Shown here: positions 26,546-38,500 of the stretch, piece by piece
Position numbering within the stretch: the first letter of the stretch is position 1
How the letters are laid out: each line of letters starts with the position of its first letter
Source of the DNA: Ptychomitrium polyphyllum
Lineage: Eukaryota
Assembly (NCBI GenBank): GCA_973851085.1
Contig: OZ316775.1
Location: forward strand, 18,724,001-18,788,000
Length of the DNA: 64,000 nucleotides
Direction: 5' to 3'
Translations under genes and position numbers: made by a program
The notes under the pieces: generated by a model
The model's database searches: none
Told to the model about the DNA's origin: nothing
Seen by the model: the letters and a program-made list of their open reading frames with translations, nothing else

Positions 26546-28499
26546 TGCGGAAGCAGCTGCTCTAAGTTAAGCTCCAAGTGATGCTCTAAGTCGATCAATT
26601 ACTCATGGAGGTTGATTCAATTGATGTTGAACTTGATTTTCTCCTGATTCGTAACTCTGAAGGGTGTGCTGATCTCAAGCTGGGTTCCTTGAGCATTTGG
26701 ATGTTACCCATTGACGAGGTACATGTTCAGTGATTGCCACCTGGTTCTGGTCTTCTTCTCCAACTCATTAATTGCGGAATACTCATGCGACAGATGTTAA
26801 GACAATGTGCTCGCAATACAAGCTCAAGTTGTGGTCCCAAACACTGTGACAACTTGGCTGCAGACTCAGTAATTTATGAAGCTTGGAACAAATATTGCAG
26901 CTGATTGAACATGTGGTTATAAATGTTGAATTAGGGAGCTTGACACAAAACTTTCAGCTCATTTAAGTGGTCCCGATTTCTATTGCAAGTATTTCCGATA
27001 TAGAGTTTGATCAAAACGTTTTACGCAGAAGGGTAACTGTGAAACCTTGAGTGTTTTAAGTAGAAGGGCCTAGATTACATGCGAGCAGGAATGACAAGGG
27101 ACAGATCATGTATCAAATACACATACGGGCTCTAGAAACTGAATGAAATACCAGTGCCTGTTTACTGAGCAACTTCGAATTATAGACAGTTGACAAACCA
27201 GACCCACTAGTAGCATCATGCGTCGTCCCTAAACAAATCAATCCTTGTTCTTCGAAACAACACATACAAATCGTGTTCATGAATGACAACTCGTCAAGAC
27301 AATTGACATCCGCCCACCCAACTTCGTGACCACGACTTTGCCATGCTCGCTTAACTCGCGCTCATCCCAATTTCTGTAAGTCGAATATACCTATAACACG
27401 AAAAATCCAGGTGACTTTCGAAAGAGTCTGTTACCCAGTTTTCCTGGTATTGAATCGGACATGCACTCAACAGAATATCATCTCGGTGCCTTCGGTCTGC
27501 ATCCATTAATCTCTTATAGAGGATACAACTGAGCATGATTACGTGCAGATGTAATTAGATGACACCATGTATTACAGTTCGATTTTTACAGATAGTATGT
27601 GGTTTAGGAATGTCAAAGTTCAAGGGCCATAATAGTGAAGTTGATGGCGTTTAGGGTTAGAACACTGGATATATCAACAAGTTCGTAAAATTTTGCCAAA
27701 TTCAATGCTATCAAGCTAGATCTGTGCGGTTCACAGCAGGGTTGAATCGAATTAATGGAAACTAGTAACCATGTTAATCTGAGATTATTGGTGCAAGCCT
27801 TAAACGTTGGGATATACCTCCTACACATACGAGAGGTTCGCAGACACAGAGCAAGGTATGGAATTGCAAGTGAGTAACAAAGTTCTTATTCCCTAAATAT
27901 TCGAAACACATCTGCAAGCTCTACGATTCTTACAAGCGTACAGGTAACAAAAAACCTAATGAAACCTTGCAAATTACAAACTGCTCTACAATCTGCGATG
28001 GCCAAATTAAAATACCGTTTCGAGACAATGTCAATGATTCATTTGGTGCATACAATTATCTTCGTCTCCCTATGCATAGTTAAAGAAGAAAAGCTTTCAC
28101 CAACGAGAGCGTCGAAGATGCTCAGGTAAGGTACTCTATCAATAGTATAGATTGCAGTAATTTCACATCCGTATAATTCAATCTGTGCATTCTGCCACTG
28201 GTAGAAGATTGCTGCAGGATTGTAAGTTTGAAACTGTGATAGCTGCTGTTCTTGTTAAAGACAAGTTCTAGACAGCATCAAATAGTCCTATTAGTTCTCT
28301 ATAATCTGCTTGCGGAAGAGCTGGATTCTGATTCTGTTGTCCGTGTAACTATGCTTACTGATAATATTAATGAAATCCAGAGCACAGACATGAACACGGT
28401 TTTGTTTCCCTCAGAATGTGAACTTTCTTGATAATAATAAGATATTATGTCCTATGTGAGAAAATGTTTCTTAGAGTGCCTATCAAATTTTGTGTCGTG

Positions 28500-29560
28500 C
28501 TCAGAGTATACTACGAGTTTTTTGTATGAAGCACGACTTGGAGAGCCATATGACTTTAACGGATTCGACAGGACACAGGCAAAAGCTCATCCGCTTCCAA
28601 CTGGGCGATTTCTCGAAGCATAAGCGCTATGTAGTCAGCAACGGGTGACGGGAATTATCGTATGATTGTAGCCTGAAAATTGGTGACAGCCTTGTTTTCA
28701 CTCTCTTCTCCACCTCGCATATATTGTGAAATTTGCAACTTCAAGAGGTTCCACTCGTGCAATGCTTCCCACAAGAGACGGGAGAGATTACCCTTGACAA
28801 ATCAACTATTCAAGGGTAAACTGCCTGTCTTTTGCTGACATTCAAGGTGGGAGGAAGAAGGGGATCCAAGAGAATGTGGCGGTTTATAGCAAGGAAGGTG
28901 CAAGCAAAGATGACGATGTTGATCAAGAAGAATATGCAAACAATGAGCCTACAAGCACGTCGAGGAGTTTCACGAAAACTTTACCACTCAAATGTGGAAT
29001 TCATACCACCAGGTTATGCAGACTGGTAAGTTTTGTTTGTGGTTGCGGTTGTAATGTGCAGAGGAGGTTATGAAAATTGTCCAAAATAGGAAAAGTTACA
29101 TCTTCGCTTCAGGATATGCATCTTTCTTGATATGTTATTCTGCACCCAGATTTGGCAGGAGGAGATTTCCAGTCCGAGCCTCACGGATCGTGCTTTCATG
29201 TGCAGTTTTTACCTGTAGCATTTTGCAAGAAGCACATCGTGAATAGAAATCTGACTATGACAGATTCCGCTAGACAGAAACACATGCGCATGCAATTGTG
29301 CGATTTAGTAAGTTCGTCAAGGCGTATCATCTATGCCATCAGCAATGCATGGCGGGAGGTTGCTAAGTTATGATCACAACCTGAAGGCTGATGACAAGCT
29401 GGTGTTCACTCTCGTGTCCACCTCGCATTTTGTCGTAGAATTTGCTACTTCTAACAGCTCCACTCGTTCAATGCTCCTAACACGAGATAAGAAAGACTAC
29501 CCTGGGCGGACCACCTATGTCAGATTCGAGCGCCTGCTAATTACTGACCAAGTTCGAACA
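28500..29560 (+). pseudogene. REM/B3-type transcription factor pseudogene with two B3-like repeats
   Basis: Repeat 1 reads FCMKH..MTLTDSTG..SNG*RELSYDCSLKIGDSLVFTL (TGA at 28646). Repeat 2 reads FCKKH..LTMTDSA..SNAWRE/YDHNLKADDKLVFTLVSTSHFVV (frameshift near 29365). Both match the B3 pattern W..F...L..GD.LVF.L. Confidence 0.7.
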
Positions 29561-31473
29561 TGAGAAGGAGAAAAAGGTTTACAAAAAGGTGGCATCAACT
29601 GCCTTCCGGCACAAGCAGAAGGAGATGTTCTGCCAGTGCGACGTAGCCGAGGTCGGGTATGGAATGAACACAATTAAAGAGTATGTGCTCCCAGAGCTGA
29701 CGCGTCTGGAGTGCAAGAATACAGTCGTCATACTTGCAAATTGTAGACAGTGATAGTGACAGTGAGATGACGAGCTTGGATCATGAAGACTAACACCAGA
29801 TTACATACAAGATGGTCCCCACTGCTTTCTAATTGCCAAGAACAGTTGTATGAAGCAGCTTGTGATATTCAGTGGAGATGAAATGTGACCATTAATTAGG
29901 CCTTGGTCAAATCCTTGCCAGAGACTTTGATTCGTGTCATCGGTCTCTTAGAGTTGCATGATTAAGCAGAGTGATTATTGAAGCTCATTACTACTGGTGG
30001 TATGGAGAACAAACTCTTGCTCGCTCATGGAAACCTTCTTGTTCCTCTGTACTAAGCGTTCAGGACTCACAAGTAACCATTATCAGGCAGCCAATTTCCG
30101 GAGATGAGTTAGTTTTATAAGACTGCAAAACCCAATTTCTAGGTGAAAGAATGCACGCACAATGATTGAACTACTCTTACGTCATCTTAAGTTCATGCCT
30201 CAGTTCTTTCTTTCCGTTGTTCTGAATAAGGACGGTTCTCTGCAAGCAGCGGGATCATGGGAAGTCGATTGTGCGCCATACGTCGAAACTTAGAACAAAC
30301 CTTGCGCCACACACAGATCAGAGCATTTCTAAAGGACAAACAAACTGGCAAGTGGAACGCTCTCACTCTCTCAGAAGAGAAGCAGCTCATCAATGATGGA
30401 GCAGGTACTTTGATAAGTCTGTGGCAACTCCTTTGACAAGTGGCTCGGAAGTGGAGAAGGAGAAACGAGGATCACTTTGAGGGTGGGAAACGCTCGGTCA
30501 TGTCACCAGCTGTTGCGACGTCACGGGACATCTGCTACTCTGTGCTAGCTACTCTGCGACAATTGTCCTTCCCCAGAAAACCCGGCCCCTCGTAGGTCGC
30601 AAAGGCTGTTATGGTGGGGTCACAACCCAGTTCGGTAAACTACCCAGCTCTAGGTTAGGTCGTGTTAGAACTGAATTAGTGAACATAATCACAGATATCT
30701 TTCGAGTTGCATGCAGCGAAGGGATGTCGTTCATCGCGTAGAAGCCGATTTCACTGCTGATGAATCACATGATCATCGATGTTATGATATAGGTGTTTAG
30801 GTGAATGGCGGTGGGCATCATTGGAATTAGGTTAACTAGAAATGGTGTTACGAATTATTTGAGGTTTTTGTGTTTTACGTGTCAGATGCTAGTGTACGGA
30901 TTCTGGGAGTATGCATGCTGATGAGGGTATTCTTGCATTGAAATCCTGAAGATCAGACGTAAGAGGTAGAAGATTGAAGCAAATGTTACATTTGAAACAT
31001 TCTCTGAGCTCCTGTGGAGCTGTTCAGAACGCTTCCTTGTCTTCTACAAGTTGAACATGCTGTTGGAATCCCTCATCAATTGTCTACCCTTGGAGCTTCG
31101 GCCCTTGTTCGTAGATTCTATTGTTGATAGAGCGTAATGTTGTTGTTGGGTGACCGTCTTTTTGGTTTGAGATCAAACAATTTGTCGACTTTTCTGTGAC
31201 CATCGCCATAGCAAAGATCGTTGAGCAGGAAGTCACCGCCTATAGTGTGAAGTTCTTGTTGATTTTGCATGTGATGGTAGTGAACGATTTGAAGTGGTCT
31301 TTGGTCGTCAGTCTTGACCAGTTCCGAGTTTTTGAGTGTTCGAGGTTTGAAGATTGCTGGAGAAGATTGTGTAGGAGGTAGTGGAATTTGGAGTACCAAG
31401 TATAGAGTTTAAGGAGGAGTTTTTGAGGCTGGCGACGTTAATCGAAACTCCGGTTCAGAAGAAGTTGAGCACC

Positions 31474-34404
31474 ATGTCTCTGGATTGTAAGAGTGGTGTT
31501 TTTGACGGCTCTGGAAAGCTGAAGGTGGCGAGAGGGAGGTCTTTGAGTGTGAGGAAGCGCCGGTCGGCGAAGCTGGAGGAGCTCGTGGAGTCTTTGAGCC
31601 GCGCATACAACGAAACTGTGGGTCAAGCGCTGGAGAGGCATGAGTATAATTTCGTTTTGAGTGATCCGCGTTTACCTGACCATCCTATCGTGTATGCGAG
31701 TGAGGGGTTCTTGCGCATGTCTGGTTATGACCGGAGAGAGGTCCTGGGCCGAAATTGCAGGTTTCTTCAGGGTCCCAGCACTGACCGGCGAGCTGTCCTT
31801 GAGATTAGGGAAGCAATTCGAGAGGAGCGGCCATGTCAGGTACGGATTTTGAATTATACGAAGCAAGGGCGGCCCTACTGGGTTTTGTTTCACATGGCGC
31901 CAATATACTCGAAGCAGAACGGAAACGTGATTCACTATGTAGGAGTGCAAACTCCAATTGCACCTAGCCTCGCATCTGGAGTTATATCCGAAACACAACA
32001 AGTTGCTTCCGGGACTGTGAAGGAGTTGGTGGAGGGTAAGAACATGAGGGCTGGTGCAACGGGCGGAGATTTTCCACAGGCTGTTGAGAGGCCCATTAAT
32101 CTGCGTTTGAGAGGCGGAGGTGAGTTCTTATGACATATTAAGCTGATTAGATAGTGGGTCTTACATAAAGTCATCTTTGTTTATTCTGGATGATGTAAGT
32201 GAATGTTGAGGATCATGGCTTTTGCACTGAAATGGGGAGTTGCGTTTGTAAGGACTAGTGTTCTTTGGTTCATGATGATTCTTCTTTGGTGGATTATGGG
32301 TTCTAAGTTGTGCACTTCGGGTGATTTTTGTGTCATGACAGCAGCGGGGACAGAGGACATGGAGCAGGAGGAGCAGAGGCATGATGAGATTGATGAGGAT
32401 TCATGTGTTGTAAATGATGTTTTGAAAGAAAGAGCAGCATTGGCAATGCATTTAGTCACTTGCGAGCTCATGCAGTCAAGTAGAATAAAAGGGGATCTTG
32501 CGCAGAACCAGCACACCGGGCTATCTGTGAGTGCTGCTAGCGGGGTTGTGTGTTCTTCTTTAATGCTCTCCCTTACGCGGATCCAGCAAAGCTTCGTCCT
32601 GTAAGCAACATACACCATCACCTCCATTTTAACATGTTCTTTTCATTTGCATTTGTACTTTTAGATTTGGACACATGCATGCACAGGACTCGTGAATGTT
32701 GATATTCATTGTGTATTTTAAGCACTTATTGATTGAAATATCTTCCCTTATGATGACTTACCTTTGGACCCACTTTCGGTCGTTTTCCGATACTCTTTCG
32801 CTCGTCACTCAAGTACTTTCGAAGTACATTTGTTGCAATGTCCTTTCACCAGACCCTGGGCCTCGGACCTCTCAATGACTCTTTGTCTGGATGTTCTCCA
32901 GGTCGAATCCAAACGTACCGGACATGCCTATCGTTTATGCTAGTGATGTGTTCTGCGAGTTAACCGGTATGTTGTTTCATCATTTGTTGATTTCAATGAA
33001 TTTACCAACTAACCTAAACCAACTTGGTACTACTTTTGGAGGATATAATGTTGTCATGCTTCATATGAGTATTGGACGAGAAGTTGTTCTTTGAATATTG
33101 TAATTTGTGAACACAAGACATGTCTAATATTCATTACGTTGTGGGCTCGTGTGCTGACAGGCTACAGTCGAGACGAAGTTATTGGTCGCAATTGCCGGTT
33201 TTTGCAAGGCCCAGATACCGACTCCAAAGATGTTCAGAAGGTGACTAAATACTGTGTCACTTTGTCAAATTGGCAGTGGTGTCAATAGGTTTCATAATCT
33301 TCCTATTATAGCCACTACCAACCTTTTGCGCCCTTTAAGACATTTTCAGAAAGTCTGCATTTTGCCTTCGTTTGTTCCATCATTGCTGTAAGATGCATTT
33401 GTAAAATAGAGAATCTCTTCATCTTGTTGCTGCTCGGGAATACGGAATGTTGTGTGTGTTGTATGTCAATGTCTTGGGAGAGAAATGTTCTGCTCCTCTT
33501 ATTTGTGCTTAGGTTGGTAGGACTTTATGATTACGTATCTGACAGTGCAGCTCTCTCGTTGATCTGATCAATTGTTCCTACCATTGAATGTATCTATGTC
33601 AGATTCGTGACGCTATTCAGGAGGAAAAGGCTTGCACTGTCAAAATCTTAAATTACAGGTGAATATCATTAAATTGACAATCATCTGTTATTTGAGGGGC
33701 TTTTCTTGATAATTATCTGTTTGTAGAAGCCGTTTGATTGTTACGTCAGATCTAGACTTTTAGGTAAGATTTAAACTTTTAAGCGACGTTTGCGTATCCC
33801 ACTCAAGCATTCTTAGCAAGTTCGGTTCGGCCATGTGATCTTGAACTATTTGAATGTTCATGCAATGGTTCCCTCTGTCTTGAGTAATAACAGCAGGGTC
33901 CCGGATAAAACACCACTAATTAGCAGTAAAATGATTATGGATTTCAGGAAAGCTAAAACACCGTTCTACAATTATCTGCACGTTGCACCTGTGCGAAGCT
34001 CTTGTGGAAAGGTGACTACAGTTTATTGAGCTAATTCAGTTGTAGTTATGTTTCCTTTCTATGAATCTTGTAAATGTAGTGCATTGTCATTGTCAAGCTT
34101 GAGTTAGCTGTACAGGACTTCGAGATTGTCATATCTCCCACCCACATTCATCACGTAGTTTTGTTTCATGAATTTGTTCTAGTACAAGGTAAATTTTAAT
34201 GTATCAACTGCTATGAATCTTTGAACGCAGGTGGCCTTCTACGTAGGAGTGCAGTTTGAGGTGCCCGAGATTGATGCTGACATGTCTCAAGAGATTGGTA
34301 TGAGTGTACATGCGAAGCTGCTTGGAGTAGTGGGTGTTGTGAGGGTAGCTGTTCGCAGCTTGCAAGGCTCTGGCTTGCGTCGAACTTTGAAGAGAACAGT
34401 GTAG
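31474..34404 (+). CDS. LLP: LOV/LOV protein (LLP/PLP), copy A; exons 31474-32119, 32342(or 32345)-32600, 32902-32966, 33161-33240, 33603-33658, 33948-34011, 34231-34404
   Basis: Two LOV domains, each with GRNCRFLQG. Linker [17 protein letters not shown] and C-terminal VVRVAVRSL are typical of plant PAS/LOV proteins. No kinase domain. All junctions are in phase. Confidence 0.92.
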
Positions 34405-35984
34405 GAGTATGTAACGTTGATCGTTTATATACTGGAAGGGAACCGAATGGGCTCCGCTTGTATCATAATCATGTAAAATTTGTTTATACTTCAATGTAAA
34501 CCACTTGTACTATCGAAACAATCTTTGAATTTTTGCAATTTTGAAATATGTGGCTAAAACACTGTTGGTGATTACAATGGCGGTCTCCTTTGCTAACATA
34601 GTCAGTGTGCTAATTTTAGCAGGCGGTGTCATAGGCCACAACCCCTACTTAAGTCAGCGAACCAGTTAAACAAGCTGGAATCAGGTCGTAATGAGTCTGA
34701 CGCACAGGCTCATGGCAAACGCTTCCATCATATACTGATATACATCAAAGGTTCATCATTGCATCCAATTATCTACCCAACATATTAAACATTCGCGTAA
34801 TTGTTTGCTGATGATACAAACGCTTAATTCCTTTCACCACCCTCCCGATGAGTTGAAATATGAGCTCTTTCTCCAAGTTCCGGTTACTTCCACATTTTCA
34901 AACCTTTCAATCAATTTACTGTAACGATCACGAGAATACGTATCGCATACGGTAAAAATAATGGAACAACAGAGAAACACTGAATTCACTAATAATTCGA
35001 CTTGTTTGGCTGTTATGAACTTGCTTGTACGATATCCCATTTGGTGTATCATGAAAATGAAAACAGAAACATATTTCAGTCAAATTTGCTCACATAGCTT
35101 ACCATCAAATAAATACAGGCACGAGGTAAGCTACACTACTCGTGTTCTGTTTTAAGAAGAAGGAATACCTGGCTCTCATGAGTCACAGTTCACTCGGTTT
35201 CCTGATCCATGAGCACACGAATCGTGGCTGCACAAGTTGCAGAATGCAGTCAAGCACATGCCGAATGGCATTCGCTAAACGTGACCAATCCTCACCCACC
35301 AAGTCTATGTCGTGAAGATCTCCCACCTTTAGACCTGTTGCTCACCCAAAACAATATTGCACACGTCACCTTTACAAGCAGTCGAACTTATCAAAAATTC
35401 CAGAATATGGAGCGTGCTCAACGTCACTCCAACGAGGAGCAACTTTTCTCAACTTTTCCGAAAGCAGCTTCGGCTTATCTTCGCTGCTGGTCATTCATCA
35501 AAATTCAACATGCGCACCAATTGTCAATATTTCTGTGAAGAAAAACTAAAAAACTTCCTCTTTTGTCGGGGGACAAAACAGAGGTAATGGAAAAGATGAG
35601 GAATTTTTTGCCTTGAACTGTAACTGGACAGGAAAAGTTGGTGCAGTGAGAGTCTGACAAATTCCAGGTTTGGATTCCGCCTCATCCAAGAGCAGGCACC
35701 AATTGGAGTTTCGGACGGAACAGTAGCCATGCTGGTGAGCCGCGTCCGGCATCTTCCTCACGCTCTATCCATTTTCATATGAAATTTCAGTTCGGTGAGT
35801 GGATCCAGGTGCTAGCTTTCAGGAGGATTCTCGCTATTGCTGAAGCCAATCGAATCTTCCTATGAGTGAGTTTGAAACGAGAGGAGTTTCAGTAAGAGGG
35901 TTGGGATTCTAGATAGCAGTTGATGAGGAAGACGAGGAGCGGTGGTGGTAGTTTGAGGAGGGTTGAAGGAGAGGGGAGAGCATC

Positions 35985-38500
35985 ATGTCGCTGGGGAGCG
36001 CGAGCCCTGTGATGGAGAAGTTGAAGATGGATGGCGGCAGCGATGACAGGTCGGCGAGCTTCAGGAGGCGGCGGCCGGCTAAGCTGGAGGAGCTCGTGGA
36101 GAGCTTGAGCCGCGCCTACAACGAGAAAATAGAGCATGCGCTTGGGCAGCACGAGTACAACTTCGTGCTGAGCGATCCGCGCCTGCCAGACCACCCCATT
36201 GTATTCGCCAGCGAGGGCTTCCTGCGCATGTCGGGGTATGAGCGGGAGGAGGTTTTGGGTCGGAATTGCAGGTTTCTGCAAGGGCCGGACACTGACCGGG
36301 GAACTGTTGTGGAGATTCGCGACGCAATTCGGGAGGAGCGGGCGTGTCAAGTGCGCATTTTGAATTACACCAAGCAAGGGACTCCGTTCTGGAACTTGTT
36401 TCATATGGCGCCAATCTTCGCAAGCGATGGCCGCGTAATTCATTATGTGGGTGTGCAGACGCCCATCGCTCCTGACCTTGCATCCCAAGCTTTGCGGGTA
36501 CAGCTTCCTAACGAAGTCATTACCGGCGAAAGCCGAACACAAGTTGATTCTTTGGAGAACGCATCAGAGAGCCCGGTGGACAGTCGCTTGAACGGCGGAG
36601 GTTGGTCTTTCAACTCGTGAAACAGAAGTTCTCTGAAATTCTAGATGTACCGCCAACAAGCTTGGGAACTGCAAAACCTGATCTCTACCTTCTCACTAAT
36701 CCTGTCATTTGTTTAACAGCGAGAAGAGTTAGTTCGAATTCTTGTCATTTGTGTAATAGCTAGAAAGGGCTAACCCCTATGATTCTGAGTTCTTGATTAT
36801 GGCAGATTTGTGAGTACTTTGGATTCTGAAGTCGTAGTGGTTTTTGTGAAACAGACGGGGCACAGACAGATGAGGGAGATGACGCGAAGCAAGCGACGGT
36901 GAATGAGGATGTGAAGCAGAAAGCGGCATTGGCAGTTCAGAGGGTAACTGGGGAGCTTACGCAGTCGTGTAGAGTGGAAGGTGAAGTGTCGCAGAATCGA
37001 CGAGTAGGGTTATCGGATTGTGCTGCGAACGGCGTTGTGAGCTCGTCGTTGATGCTGTCGCTGACTCGCATTCAGCAAAGCCTTGTCTTGTAAGCAACTT
37101 TCCTTTGAAACCAGCTCCCGTCCTCCTGCGCCCTATTGGTTCACCTGGTAGGAACCTATGGAACCCTAATTCGAGGTCGAAGAATGGAACTAAGTTGTGG
37201 TCTTGATCCAAGTTAAGAAAGCAAATTTGACATTAGTGCCTCAGCAGTGCGCTTCTTTAATCATCCTTGATAAGGTTATGAAATTTTCTAAGCCTTTTTC
37301 TGCAATTTTTTCCAGATCCGACCCAAGCCTACCAGACACACCCATCGTCCATGCTAGCGATGTCTTCTGCGAACTAACAGGTCTGCATTTCGAGACTGCC
37401 TTGTTCACATCTAGAACGTGACCTGTAAATCTTTTGGTATGTGCTTGCCGCTTTATTTACTAGTCTGATGTCACGCATGAAGGTGACCAGTTTTATTTAA
37501 ATATTTGTACTGCTCTGTATGAACAGGTTACAGCCGGGAGGAAGTTGTTGGTCGCAATTGCCGATTTCTGCAGGGTCCGGATACAGATCCAGATGTTGTA
37601 CGGGAGGTAATTTCTATTCGCTGACAACGCTTGAGAGTGAACATGAGACACTGCACTATGAACAAATGTTCTAGATATCCACTTAGTTGCTGTGAATAAT
37701 GGTCTTTTATTGCTACCGATTCTTGGTATGCCTACTGAATCTCAGTAATAAACTCTCAGATTCATCAGGATATTATACTTGTTTTGAGCACGTCCAGTCT
37801 AGCAGGGACTAAATAATTACTGCATCTGCATTTCTCAATGGACAAAACTAATGGCGTTGAAAACTTCCCTGCTTCCAGAAGTTTCAGGTTTAGACTTTGA
37901 ATCTGAAGACTTCGTACTCTGAAGTCACATGTATTTTTCTCTCTAAACATATATGAGCTGGTATTCGTTTTGGTTTTGTTTGTACCTTCCAGATCCGTGA
38001 AGCAATCGAAGCAGAAAGGCCCTGCACTGTGAGAATCTTGAATTACAGGTCAGGGTCCTAAACGTTTCTTCGCTCAATCTTCTGAACAGGATATGTTCAT
38101 CTATATCTATTGCCTACAGTTCAGTCTGTCAGACTCCCTCAACTCGCCCTTCAGCTGTTGCCTTCAACCAGAACGTATTACGTGTTATTCACCATCATCC
38201 TACACTTTCCTCGAACTCCAGTGAGTGCTAAATAGCCTGTCAATTGTAACTTGTTCCAGGAAGAACAACACTCCTTTCTGGAACCACTTGCACGTTGCAC
38301 CAGTACGAAGCGCCACTGGCAAGGTCGCGTACTACGTAGGAGTGCAGCTGGACGTGAGCGACGCTGACATACCCATGCGCGGTGACACCATGACTGCCAA
38401 CGCCAAGCAACTGAGTGCAGTGGGAGTGGTGCGAGTAGCGGTACGCAGTTTGCAAGGATCTGGACTCCGACGCTCTTTCAAAGCTCCCCAGTCCAGTTAA
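35985..38500 (+). CDS. LLP: LOV/LOV protein (LLP/PLP), copy B; exons 35985-36600, 36855-37089, 37316-37380, 37527-37606, 37993-38048, 38260-38500
   Basis: Same architecture as copy A: two GRNCRFLQG motifs, [16 protein letters not shown] and [16 protein letters not shown]. Junctions are in phase. Confidence 0.92.

Noticed and set aside
30257..30436. 59-codon plus-strand ORF (MGSRLCAIRR...) upstream of LLP copy A
   Set aside because: Short, no motif and no convincing downstream exon.
31381..31473. GTG-initiated N-terminal extension of LLP copy A
   Set aside because: The ATG at 31474 aligns with the ATG of copy B (both begin MSL); a GTG start is unsupported in a nuclear gene.
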